Source: Octopus sinensis
Lineage: Eukaryota
Direction: 5' to 3'
NCBI RefSeq assembly: GCF_006345805.1
Contig: NC_043011.1
Location: forward strand, 46,946,464 to 47,010,463
Length of the DNA: 64,000 nt
Below are positions 13,353 through 25,034 of this stretch, one piece after another (position 1 is the stretch's first letter; each line of letters begins with the position of its first letter). Below the pieces are notes generated by a model that was not told the origin of the DNA, ran no database searches, and saw nothing but the letters and a program-made list of their open reading frames with translations. A program made the translations under genes and the position numbers.

Positions 13353-14067
13353 TACCAGAAATTACCAAAAACATGTAATGAAAAGAAATATTACAAGTAA
13401 CTGCAGAATATGTGGAGATGGACAAGAAACAATAAATCATATTATCTCTAGCTGCCCAGTCCTGGCTAAGAAGGAATATATTCACAGACATGACAGAGTT
13501 GTAACCTACATACATTGGAAGCTATGCCAACATTATGGAATAACAACAGAAAAAAGATGGTATAGGCACACACCAGAAAAGGTCACAGAAAACGAGAAAG
13601 CAACCATACTCTGGGATATGCCGATACACACAGATAGAGAAATTAAGGCCAACAGACCAGATATAGTTGTCAGAGATCATGAAAAAAAAAATGCTTTCTA
13701 ATTGATGTATCAATACCGGCAGATGACAACGTGTCTCTAAAAGAAACGGAGAAACTCTCAAAATACAAAGACCTGGAAATAGAGGTAACTAGAATGTGGA
13801 ATCTGAAAACAGAAACAATTCCTATCATAGTAGGTGCATTAGGCATGATAAAAAAATATTCAGACAAATACATAACAAAAACACCAGGACTTACAAACAC
13901 ATATAACATACAGAAAATTGCACTACTAGGCACTGCACACATCCTACGCAGAACACTTTCCATACAATAACCATCAGAGCATCACAACAAATCACAGCAC
14001 ATACCCAAGGCACACAGAGCTGTGCTCGGTAGTGAAGTGAAAGCACGCTATAAAAATAAAACTACTG
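13351..14067 (+). mobile_element. 5'-truncated R4/Dong-clade non-LTR retrotransposon inserted in (AAT)n
   Basis: Encodes a CCHC knuckle (CRICG..ETINHIISSC), RHD, and the RPD..D..K..KY restriction-like endonuclease; has a short 3' UTR; (AAT)n on both sides. Confidence 0.9.
13354..13970 (+). pseudogene. C-terminal zinc knuckle and RLE endonuclease of Dong/R4 ORF, one frameshift
   Basis: Supplied ORFs 13222-13701 and 13731-13970 join into one reading frame if the A10 run at 13682-13691 is read as A11 (DHEKKKCFLIDVSIP). Confidence 0.9.
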
Positions 14068-15589
14068 AATAATAATAATAATAATATAATAATAATGATA
14101 TATTATCATAATAATAATCTTGGTATAAAAGATGGGCTACAGCAAATATTCTGCTCGATGCCACAGATTTGCTTGTCAGTTGTTTGATCTCAAACAGTAA
14201 ACTATGTCTGATCATGAGCAGAAGTAGTGGGGGAGCATCAAAGCCATGTGTTGAAAGGAATTCTTCTACTATAGCCCGAGGCTATAGTAGAAGATACTTG
14301 CCCCGGGTGCCATGCAGTGGAACTGAACCTGGAACTATGTGGTTGGTAAGCAAGCTACTTACCATACAGCCACTCCTATACGAAAACAAATAATGCATTG
14401 GGCAAAATTTAAATAATAGCCATTTTTGCTTTTGTTCTTGTTTTTCGAACATGCAAATGGGACATTTCAGGAAAACGAAACATTGAGTTATAAATGGGTG
14501 AGCATCTCTGGTGTGAAGTATGTGCTGTGTTATGCAATTGAGTGGCATGATTACTTAGTATACGTGTTGCATGAGTTGTGTTATGTATCAGGCTGTCGGA
14601 CTGTAATTGTATAGAGTATGTGACGTCACACTTGCGTTACATCATTGCGTGTTATGATTATGTACAATATAGATTGTGCGAGATGTTGGTAGCATGGAAA
14701 TTATTATAATTGTTGCTACCATTACTATTACAATTATCATTATTATTATATTATTATTATTATTATTATTATTATAATTATTATTATTATTATTATTATT
14801 ATTATTTATATGAATGTTAAATTATGATGATGATGACGATGATGTAGTTTTTTTCCCTTTCTTAAGAGCATTCATCTCAAAAATCCCTTAACATGATGTT
14901 ATATCTAAGTCATCAATCCTGCCTAAGAACTAATGGCTGAGAAGCATTGTTAGATGAGACTGACAGATATTAAATACGGACTTAAAAGCTTTGATTAGGT
15001 TAAAAGGTTTTGCGTTTCTTTTCCTTTTCCTTTTTCTTTTTTTCTTTTTTTCTTGATTTTTTTTTTTTTTGGATATTTTTCTCTCTCTATCATTGTATTA
15101 CAGATATTGTAAATGATACAATAATAACATGTCCTCTGGCTGCTTAAAAGATCGTTCTTCTTCTTATCGAAGAAGCAAATCAGGAATAATTTGTGATAGT
15201 TACTTATCCTCTTATTGATGACAGTGACATTTTAAATCTGATGACTACTTTGCACCCCACACCCCTCCCCTCACTCTCTTCCCCCCGCTCTTTTTACCCC
15301 TCACTTTCCCTACATTTCATTCCCCTTCTTTTTCTCTCAACATATTACTTTTCATCAATTTATTTATTAATTTTTTTTTTTTCGAAACCCCTTCAGCCAT
15401 AGAACTATAAGGAATGCTATAACACATTTCCTGTTGACACCAACAAGAATATATGTCAAATTTGTGAAATAATTTCAGACACTCATAAATCGTTAATGGT
15501 CAAACGATATATATATATATTTCACACTTGTGTGTATTTAGGTATATAACTCAATTGTTGTTTGTGGATAAACTTGGAGTATAGTATAG

Positions 15590-15845
15590 GAACAGGTGTG
15601 GCTGTGTGGTAAGAAACTGGCTTCCTAACCAGATGGTTCCAGGTTCCATCCAACTGCGTGACACCTTGGACAAGGTATTGGTGTGTTTATGTCCCCTGTG
15701 ACTTAGCAACTTGGCAAAAGAGAGCGGTAGAATAAGTACTAGGCTTAAAAAAAAAACCGTCCTGGAGTTGATTTGTTCCACTAAAACCCTTCAAGGCATT
15801 GCTCCAGCATGGCCGCAGACAAATGAATGAAACAAATAAAAGAAT
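15590..15845 (+). mobile_element. SINE family A, internally deleted
   Basis: Head and tail match family A; the middle is missing. Confidence 0.8.
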
Positions 15846-16082
15846 AAAAGAATAGTAGAATATGACAACATAGTAAGGGAGATAAATTTTCTAGCAACTT
15901 GTTTTCAGTTCTTTTAATATCAACCCACCTGAGATGATCACCACTGCTTTTATGATACAAGCCTCCTATTTTAAGGTGATTTAAATTAAAACCCTCCACC
16001 AAAATTTCATGTCAATTTATGTTTCATACATCTGTTTAAAAATGACAAAGTTATTTTGTTAAATTCTTCATTATTTTCATAA

Positions 16083-16473
16083 CTAGCAGTATCGCCCGGC
16101 GTTGCTTGGGTTTGTTTTGACCCTTTAGAATTGGAATTTTTGAAAAGTAAAAATTTTGCATTATGTAGCTTGTTATTCTCTTTAAGTGAACATTTTTCTG
16201 GTTGAAATACACCGTAAAATGGCGACAGAGCAGTCAAAAAATCATAAAAAATAGGGATTTTCATAGAAAAAAAGCACCTTTTTGATGTAAATAATTTTTG
16301 GTCTTAATGAGGTCCGATTTGAATTTTTTTTCTACTGAAGGAAGAGCAAGCCTTCTTCAATCATACTCTCGATTTTGGTTAACTTGTGCCGCAGGGTCTT
16401 GGAGGAGATAGTGTTAGTTGAATGCTACCAAACCTGCCATACACAGACAACTTCAGCTTTATATATAGAGAGA
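16083..16473 (-). mobile_element. Non-autonomous Helitron
   Basis: Minus strand A|TC...GC-rich hairpin...CTAG|T; the 3'-terminal 34 bp are nearly identical to 33560-33593. Confidence 0.75.
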
Positions 16474-16559
16474 TTAATCAAAACAAAGGTGTCATCTCGC
16501 CTGAAAGGTTCAGCTTCCTGAGGTTATTCTTCTGTGTGGCATTACATAAAGGTGTTCAT

Positions 16560-16795
16560 TTGATGCCACATAAAAGTGCCTGTGTGTGGTGCCACATAAA
16601 AACGCCTCTGTAGTGCCATGTAAAAGCATCCAGCACACTCTGTGAAGTGGTTGGCATTAGGAAGGGCATCCAGCCATAGAAACCATGCCAAATCAGACCG
16701 GAGTCTGGTGTAGTCCTCACCAGCTTGTCAGCTCTGGTCACACAATCCAGTCTATGCCAGCATAGACAACGGACGTTAAATGATGATGATGATGA
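16560..16795 (+). mobile_element. Retroposon family C
   Basis: GTGGTTGGCATTAGGAAGGGCATCCAGCC...GGACGTTAAATGATGATG. Confidence 0.75.
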
Positions 16796-19130
16796 AAGGT
16801 TGTGTATTTCAACAGAAATATGGTAACAAAAGAATTAAAATAATCTAAATGGAATCTGTCCATCAAAACTTCATGATAATTTCTGTTCCAAACACCAGTT
16901 TAAGAACAACAGTTATTTTACTAAATTTTTCATTATTTTCAAAAATTATTTTAAAAAAAGCAGTGTATTTCAACAGAAATTTAACAAAAGGGTTAAGGTG
17001 CAAAATTGAATATAATTTCTTTTCTAAATATAAAACAATTATTAATGAATTCTTCTTTTTTTTTTTGCTTTCTCCATAACTTGGATACTTTGTCAATGAT
17101 AAGGAGAAAGCTGAGATGTTGCTAATCAGAAACTTAATCAGGATCTATAAGAAAATCATTTCAAAAGTAATTTCATCCAAAACTGAAGACTGACTTTTGA
17201 GATCTGCTTCTGAAGGTGGTAGTGTCAGTAGTGCAGGTGGTGGTGACAAAATCAGTGGCATAGGTAGAATCTGTGTTGCTTGGAGCAGCCCCTGTGTTTG
17301 ATACACACCCCTGTACAAGTTTATACTGTAGACCCAAAAGCCCTCCTCCCACAAACACCATAAAAGTATGCCAATCCTCATCAGCTATATTACTGGATCA
17401 ATCGAGTAAACAAACAACACAAAACTATTTATGTAAACATGAAAAAAAAACATGGATATTACCGATGCTGCCAATCCCAGTACCTCTGTCACTCCACCCC
17501 CACCATAGACCACCCTGCTTTTATTGATGCCTTCACGGCCACCACCACCACCATTACTACTACCATCATCCTCATCATCGCCACCACCACCATCATCAAC
17601 ATCATCTGTCCATTTACCATACTTGATGGGTTGGCTGTGTGTACCATTATCACTGAGTTTTGCCCCTTTGTTGAGGTCCCTTTGCGTTTCCTTTGCAAGG
17701 GTCAGCACCCTGAGATCAGCCTTTCAAACTATTTAAGTTGAAATTCCTTTCTCTTAAGTTCCTCCACAACTTTGTTAACTGTTAGATTATGATAAATGAA
17801 AATGCCCAAGTTTTATCAATTTGAACTTTTGAACCAAAGTAGTTAACTAGAATGCCAACAACAACAACAGTAACAACAATAAAAATAATATTAAAAATAA
17901 TAATAATAATAATAGTATGGGGAAATATGATAAATAAGCGAATAATTTCAAACTTAGTCTTAACTTCTAGACAGAATGACCAAGAAGCAACACACGTACA
18001 CAGACAAAGAGAGACAGCATACACATACACAAGCAACACATACATACACAGACATCAATTAAATATAAAGACAACACATACATTCACAGACAGCACACAC
18101 ATACACAGATAGCATGTACATACTTTCACAGATAGCACACACACATATATGCACAGATACTTATAGAAGCAATGCATACACACACAAGCTAAAGGGACAC
18201 CGCACATACAATGCACAGTTACACAACACACGTACAGGTCTATAGAAACAATATGCACATACTGACTAATAGATTTCATGAATGAACACACACACACACA
18301 CATATATAGAAGCAACACTCACACAATGCTTTAGAGACAACACACAAACACACACACAATACACAAGAAACCACTAAACAGATAAATGTAAATCAGTAGA
18401 CAAACATAACATGGTTAACCACCACCACCACCACCACCACCACCACTACTATTCACCAACCCCAAACTCAGATACACAAACAGACAAGAATGGAGTTAAC
18501 TACTCAACATAAACCTCCACAGTAGACATAATTATTAATTTAACTAACGATCAGATATTTCTGTATCTGGGGTTGTTTTTTTATATCTTCATTTTAATGT
18601 TCTGTCTTCATTTTACATTTGTAATGTGAACTCATCAGAATTTCTTATAATAACGCTAAAAGGGAGCTTCTATGCAGTTGCCCACACTATGGGAGATAAC
18701 AGCTGAAACACACTCAAATGACTCCCTACCACTTTAAATAATGAAAGAACACATTAAATAACATAATTGTAGATGCTCCCTAAGAAAGCTGGGATGGTTA
18801 AGACAAGAATGTCTTTGATCGTTGGTCAGCTGAACCAAAGCGAACCTGGGGCTAAATGACAACTTGTTCTACCTCCTCCTCCACCTCTTCCCTCCTCCAC
18901 TCAATCAAATTAGTAAGTTGGTGTTTTTAACTTAATAGAAACATTGAAAATTGATCACAAACAGACAGACAGTTTGTCTCAGCTGACCATTTTGGACAAT
19001 GTTCAAATAGCTGTGTAAACCCATATACATTTAATGGCTAAATTTAAAGCTATCCATCAGGTTTTCCTTGTACGTGTTATATTAAATTTAATATTCTCAC
19101 TGTTGGGAACCTTTGTCAGACTAAGTTCTT

Positions 19131-19427
19131 GATTCTTCTTCTTCTTCTTCTTCTTCTTCTTCTTCTTCTTCTTCTTCTTCTTCTTCTTCTTCTTCTTCTT
19201 CTTCTTCTTCTTCTTCTTCTTCTTCTTCTTCTTCTGTCTTCTTCCTTCTCCTCTTTTTCTTCTACTTCCCCCTCTTCTTATTCTTTTTGGGAACTTTTGT
19301 CAGACTTTAAGTTCTTGAATTTATTTCTCCTCCTCCTCCTCCTCTACTTCTTCTTTTCTACTTCTTTTTCTCCTCCTACTCTTCCTTTTCTTTTCTTTTC
19401 TCCTTCTCCTCCTCCTCCTCCTCCTCT

Positions 19428-19458
<31 letters not shown>

Positions 19459-19557
19459 AGTTTAGCGTTATGGGTGAAAATATGTGGCAAAAGGATAACA
19501 CATTGTTGGACCATTACAGAATGGAATTTTTCTTGATCATTATAGAGAGATAAATAG

Positions 19558-19615
<58 letters not shown>
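19131..19615. repeat. Compound microsatellite block (CTT)n, (CCT)n, (ATC)n, (AGAT)n, (AG)n
   Basis: Directly visible. Confidence 0.95.
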
Positions 19616-19622
<7 letters not shown>

Positions 19623-20039
19623 TGAAGGAGAGTTAACTGAATATGGTGTATGCAAGCCTAAGTCCTCTGTATACAAAGCAGAGTGTATGAAGTTCATTAG
19701 AAATTGAAGCCTCCGGAATTCAAAAATCTGAGTTTCATATTGCTGATTATTCAAATGATTGAAGTGAGAAAGCAACATGACACAGTATAGGCAAAAATAT
19801 TTGCAAACACATTGACATATGATTATTCATCGACATCAGTGTAGGTGTGGCTGTGTGGTAAGAAGCTTGCTTCCCAACCACATGGTTCCAGGTTCAGTAC
19901 TACTGCATGGCATCTTGGGCAAGTGTCTTCTACTATAGAGCCCGAGGCTCTACCAAGTTTGCCATACTCCATTCATGATAACAGAAAGCATAATAATAAT
20001 GATTTAAAATTTTGGCACAAAGCCAGTAATTTCAGGGAC

Positions 20040-20590
20040 GGGGCTAAGTCAATTGAAAGGCAAAGCTGACTTCGGTGGAATTTGAACTCAGAACATAAAG
20101 ATGGATGAAATGTTTTATAAGCATTTTACCTGGCATGCAAACAATTCTACCAACATACCATCTTAGATACCATAGCAATAATCCTTTGTACTATCTGCAC
20201 AAGGCCCGGATTTTGTTAGAGAGTAGGACACTCAATCACATTGACCCCAGTACTCGAATGGTACTTATCAACCCCGAAAGGATAAAAGACAAAGTTGACC
20301 TCAGTGGAATTTGAACTCAGAACATAGTGGCAAACAAAGTACCGCTAAGCATTTTGCTCAGTTTACAAATGATTCTTATTTCTTTATTGCCCACAATGGG
20401 CTAAACATAGAGGGGACAAACAAGGATAGACAAAGGGATTAAGTTGATTATATCAACTCCAGTGCGTAACTGCTACTTAATTTATCTACCCCAAAAGGAT
20501 GAAAGGCAAAGTCAACCTCAGTGGAATTTGAACTCAGAACATAGTGGCAGATGAAATACCTCTAAGCATTTTGCCCAGCTTGCCGCCTTA
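20040..20590 (-). mobile_element. Cluster of three SINE B copies or fragments
   Basis: Repeated GGAATTTGAACTCAGAAC cores near 20078, 20307 and 20523. Confidence 0.8.
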
Positions 20591-20975
20591 GATATCATAG
20601 TAATAATAACAATAAGTATCATCATAACTGCTTGTTTTCGTTTTTTAGAAAGCAGAGTTAAACTCAATGTTCTGCTCTGCTTGTGTGACCATCCTCACAT
20701 CTACCACGTGTTTTTTTTTGAATTACAGTCAGATAATTTGATAAAGCACCAGGTCCCTAAGGTCACTTGCTGGTTCTAATAATTCTTCTTATGATGTGTA
20801 GCTCCTTTGGACTCCATTAACATTAAACTCACCTGCTACAAGACAATCACTAAAGCCATACATCTCAATTTATGTAAGATCTAATCATATTTCTTAGCTG
20901 TTATATTGCTATTATCTTTTGCTCAGTTTTTGCATTACAAACACACTTACATGTAGGACACAAGTACACACACGT

Positions 20976-21043
<68 letters not shown>

Positions 21044-21119
21044 TGATTTAAATGTAGATATATGCACATAATCTCATTTATACATGCATAGGTGTGCAAA
21101 TGTGTCCAGAGATTTCCAT

Positions 21120-21195
<76 letters not shown>

Positions 21196-21232
21196 TATAT
21201 ATGTGATGATGATATATATATACATATATGTA

Positions 21233-21263
<31 letters not shown>

Positions 21264-21535
21264 TATATATATAATATATATATATATATACACACATGCT
21301 ATGCTTTGACACCTAACAACGGCTACTCTACACACATATAAATGCTCTCAAGCATAAATAAGCTATACAAGTGCTATATACATACATGTGTATGCTATAC
21401 ATACTGAAAAACGTACATGTAAAGCAGATGCACATACATAACAGATGTAGAAGTATTGGGCATAAACAGATATATACACACAAAAATATTTTAAACCACA
21501 TACAGCTCTAATAAAACATTTACAATATATATACA

Positions 21536-21575
<40 letters not shown>

Positions 21576-21726
21576 AAATAATCACAAACATACATATGTA
21601 TGTACACACACATCCCCCCCCCTTATTATGTAGTAACCAATGAGATTACTGATCAAATCTGACTGGGAAGTAGAGATAAGCAGATTATACATTATTATAA
21701 ACAATATATAGGATACATACTCATTG

Positions 21727-21729
21727 AAC

Positions 21730-21821
<92 letters not shown>

Positions 21822-21941
21822 GTCCGTCCGTCCGTCCGTCCGTCCGTCTGTCCGTCCGTCCGTCCGTCCGTCTATCCATCCATCCATCCATCCATCCATC
21901 CATCCATCCATCCATCCATCCATCCATCCATCCATCCATCC

Positions 21942-22005
<64 letters not shown>
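21727..22005. repeat. Mirror-ordered compound microsatellite (TATC)-(CATC)-(CGTC)-(CATC)-(TATC)
   Basis: Directly visible. Confidence 0.95.
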
Positions 22006-22007
<2 letters not shown>

Positions 22008-22014
22008 ATACAAA

Positions 22015-22400
22015 AATTGTCAATAACCATTATAATTTATGTACTTAGGTCTGCTCAGGACTTAGTGCTTGCTTTTCCCATGGGTATGAGTGAGTATTTC
22101 ACTTATATCTCACGTATTTATCGCTGAAGAAGGGAAAATTCTTATGAATTACCCCGAAATTGGAACCAATACGGTAATAACGGATTTTTTAGAAATTTCT
22201 ATCGGTTTGTTTTGAGATGCATAAATTATAATGGTTATTGGCAATTTTTGTCTTTTTTTCCGGCATATTTGGCATTAGAATTTTTCTTCTGCCCTCATTT
22301 TGTAAATTATTTATAAATTTAACCTTTAAAGGTATTTTTTGATATTCTGGCCATTGATAAAATTTTTTCCTGAAAAAAAATTTATCCTATATTAGTTATC
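22015..22400 (+). mobile_element. Penelope-like terminal-repeat fragment with internal inversion (family H1)
   Basis: 28-bp inverted repeat (22015-22042 / 22219-22246) brackets a hammerhead motif; T-rich downstream sequence. Confidence 0.55.
22119..22176 (+). ncRNA. Type-I hammerhead ribozyme candidate
   Basis: Stem I TATCG/CGGTA; core CTGAAGA + extra A; stem II GGG..AATTC-TTAT-GAATT..CCC; GAAA; stem III TTGG-AA-CCAA; predicted cleavage after AUA (22171). Confidence 0.7.
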
Positions 22401-22489
22401 TATCTATATATATATATATATCACACAATGGTTTCACATTCAGTACATTTTCAGTAGATAGGTTGATATATAGATGGATAGATAGATCT

Positions 22490-23562
22490 GTAGCATGCCA
22501 ACAGATGGCTGCACACGAGTTCACAGTGAGAGCTAGCAGTGACCTTCATGAGGCAGTGTGTCAAGTGACACCACCGTGTTTACTTCACAGGTTGTGAAAT
22601 TTGTGCTTTTGTGATCACTTTCATACATATTTTTGTTGCGATCAGGAAATTAAAACAAAAAGCCAACATGAAATTTTCTGTTAAACTTGAGAAGTCTGCT
22701 ACAGGGACATCGAGCATGCTTTGGCAAGCTTATGGTGATGAGGCAATGGGTTGTACACAATATTTTGAGCATCTGGAATATCTACTACAAGCATCACCCC
22801 CAGAAATACGAAGAAAATTCATCAACTTCTGCATGGGGGTCAATGGAGGACAATCAACGACATGATGTTAGAAAATTATTATTTGTAAATCTCACAATGA
22901 GAGATATTCAGCAACAGTACTTTTGGAGTAAAGATTATTTGCCAACATAACATAGCAGTCCTGGTTTAGGACAAATGTTGCTGTAATTTAACCCCAGGAT
23001 TCCCTTATTCAAAAATATAAGGACACAGACATATAGCCAGCTGGAGACGATGTCTCCTGGGGCTAAATTACAGCAACATTCGTCCTAAATTAGGACTGCC
23101 ATGTTATGTTGGCAAATAATCTTTACTCCAAGGCTGATGTTGTTGGTCTGTTGTATGGGTTCGTGCAGCCAAGCCTAATATCTGGATTCTTCACAACATC
23201 AATGCACCCTGTCACTGAGCTCCTCTCACTCATGAGTCTCTCACCAAAAACACCATGGTATCACATCTGTACCCACCCTATTCACCAGAATTAGCACCTG
23301 TGGACATCCGTCTCTTCCCAAGAAGAAAATGCTGCTCAAAGGTTACTGTTTTAACACTGTTGTCAAGATCCGGAGTGAGTCACAGAAGGTCATCGACTCA
23401 CTTACAGAAAGCGACTTCCAGGCTGGATTCCAAAAGTGGTAGAAACACTGGGACTGGTGCATTGCTGTGCAAGGTGACTGTTTCAAAAGAGATGATGTTT
23501 GGGAAATAAGTTATTTTTTTATTTAACACAGCTTGTCCAGGAACTCTTTGATACCACCTCAA
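22490..23562 (+). mobile_element. Defective mariner (Tc1/mariner) transposon, internally deleted and interrupted
   Basis: Remnant frames MKFSVKLEKSAT..MLWQAYGDEAM, RTIND/ADVVGL.YG, WILHNINAPCH, PPYSPELAP; 3' TIR-like GGAACTCTTTGATACCACCTC. Confidence 0.9.
22923..23131. repeat. Fold-back element: 77-bp inverted arms, 55-bp spacer
   Basis: 22923-22999 versus the reverse complement of 23055-23131: 5 mismatches, all A/G transitions. Confidence 0.95.
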
Positions 23563-23605
23563 GAATGCCTTCAAGAATTATATATACATATATATATATA
23601 TATAA

Positions 23606-23818
23606 TTACTCTTTTATTTGTTTCAGTCATTTGACTGTGGCCATGCTGGAGCACTGCTTTTAGTCAAGAAAATCAACCCCAGGACTTATTCTTTGTAAGC
23701 CTAGTACTTATTCTATCGGTCTCTTTTGCTGAACTCCTAAGTTATGGGGGGCGTAAACACACCAGCATCGGTTGTCAAGCGACGTTGGGGGGAAAAAAAC
23801 ACAGACACACAAACATAC

Positions 23819-23851
<33 letters not shown>

Positions 23852-24015
23852 CGACAGGTTTCTTTTTCAGTTTCCATCTACCAAGTCCACTCACAAGGCT
23901 TTGGTTGGCCCGAGGCTATAGCAGAAAACACTTGCCCAAGGTGCCACACACAGGGACTGAACCTGGGACCTTGTGGTTAATAAGCAAGCTACTTACCACA
24001 CAGCCACTCCTGCAC
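23606..24015 (-). mobile_element. SINE family A
   Basis: Full-length reverse copy. Confidence 0.9.
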
Positions 24016-25034
24016 CTATATATAATTGTAAAAAATGCGCATTACCTTCTCATCTATTTAATGTCACTGTTATCATCATCAACAACATCAACCCATGAAT
24101 ATTTATATCTCAAGTCTTAAAACCCACAGGACAGATTACCTAGTGTCCATTGAGTCCATGTGAGTAAGATCACAACATTTTCTTTGAACAGAACACCTCT
24201 CCATCAACTGCAGGATTATTCATTTACAGCTGAACAAACTGAAGAAACGTGTATGAAGGGTGTGCTCCAGCATGGCTGCAGTCAAATGACTGAAACAAGT
24301 AAAAGAGTAAGTACTTCGCTTACTCAGGAACAAACTGCGCCTCTCAGTCTAGGGATTGAAACCATTATCTTGCAATCCTGAGAGCAACACTTTAACCACA
24401 AGGCCACACCACCTACACACCAAGCCACCAATTTTGTCAGAAATATTAAAAGAGAGATTGGTGTTTGTTTTCTTTATCCATTTATTCATTCTTTTGAGGA
24501 AAGATCACAGTTGCCGAGTAAAGATAAAAACGGGATAATCCTAATTTCATTATCTATTTAAACAATTATATGATTATTTAGCTTCTGTTTTCTAAGTAAA
24601 TAGTTAGTTGGTTTGGAAAATGTTGGCCGAACAAATGTTTACACAGTAACCATGGTGTCACACCTCACTTATGTCGATAATACTTGGAAGAATGGACAGA
24701 AAGTTTTAGACACAAACATGACAAACCCCAAACTAATGAAATAACATTAAATGGTGCCAGTGTGTGTGCTTAGCTAACTCAAGTTCCTTGTTTTGTTTCA
24801 GCAAGTAGCATTTAGCTTACACTAGGTCCTCACCTTATATATATATATATATATATATATGAGTGGATTTGATAGATGGAAACTGAAAGAAGCCTGTTGT
24901 ATATATGTGTGTTTGCCCACCATTGTTACTTGACAGCTGGTTTTGGTGTGCCTATGTCCTGTAACTTGGCAACTTGGCAAAAGAGACCAACAGAATAACA
25001 AAATGAGTCCTAGGGTCGACTTGTTGCACTAAGT

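Noticed and set aside
17100-17741. Overlapping ORFs with Gly/Asp-rich or hydrophobic stretches
   Set aside because: Driven by (CAC)/(CAT) repeats, open on both strands, no recognisable domain. An exon in the unique flanks cannot be excluded.
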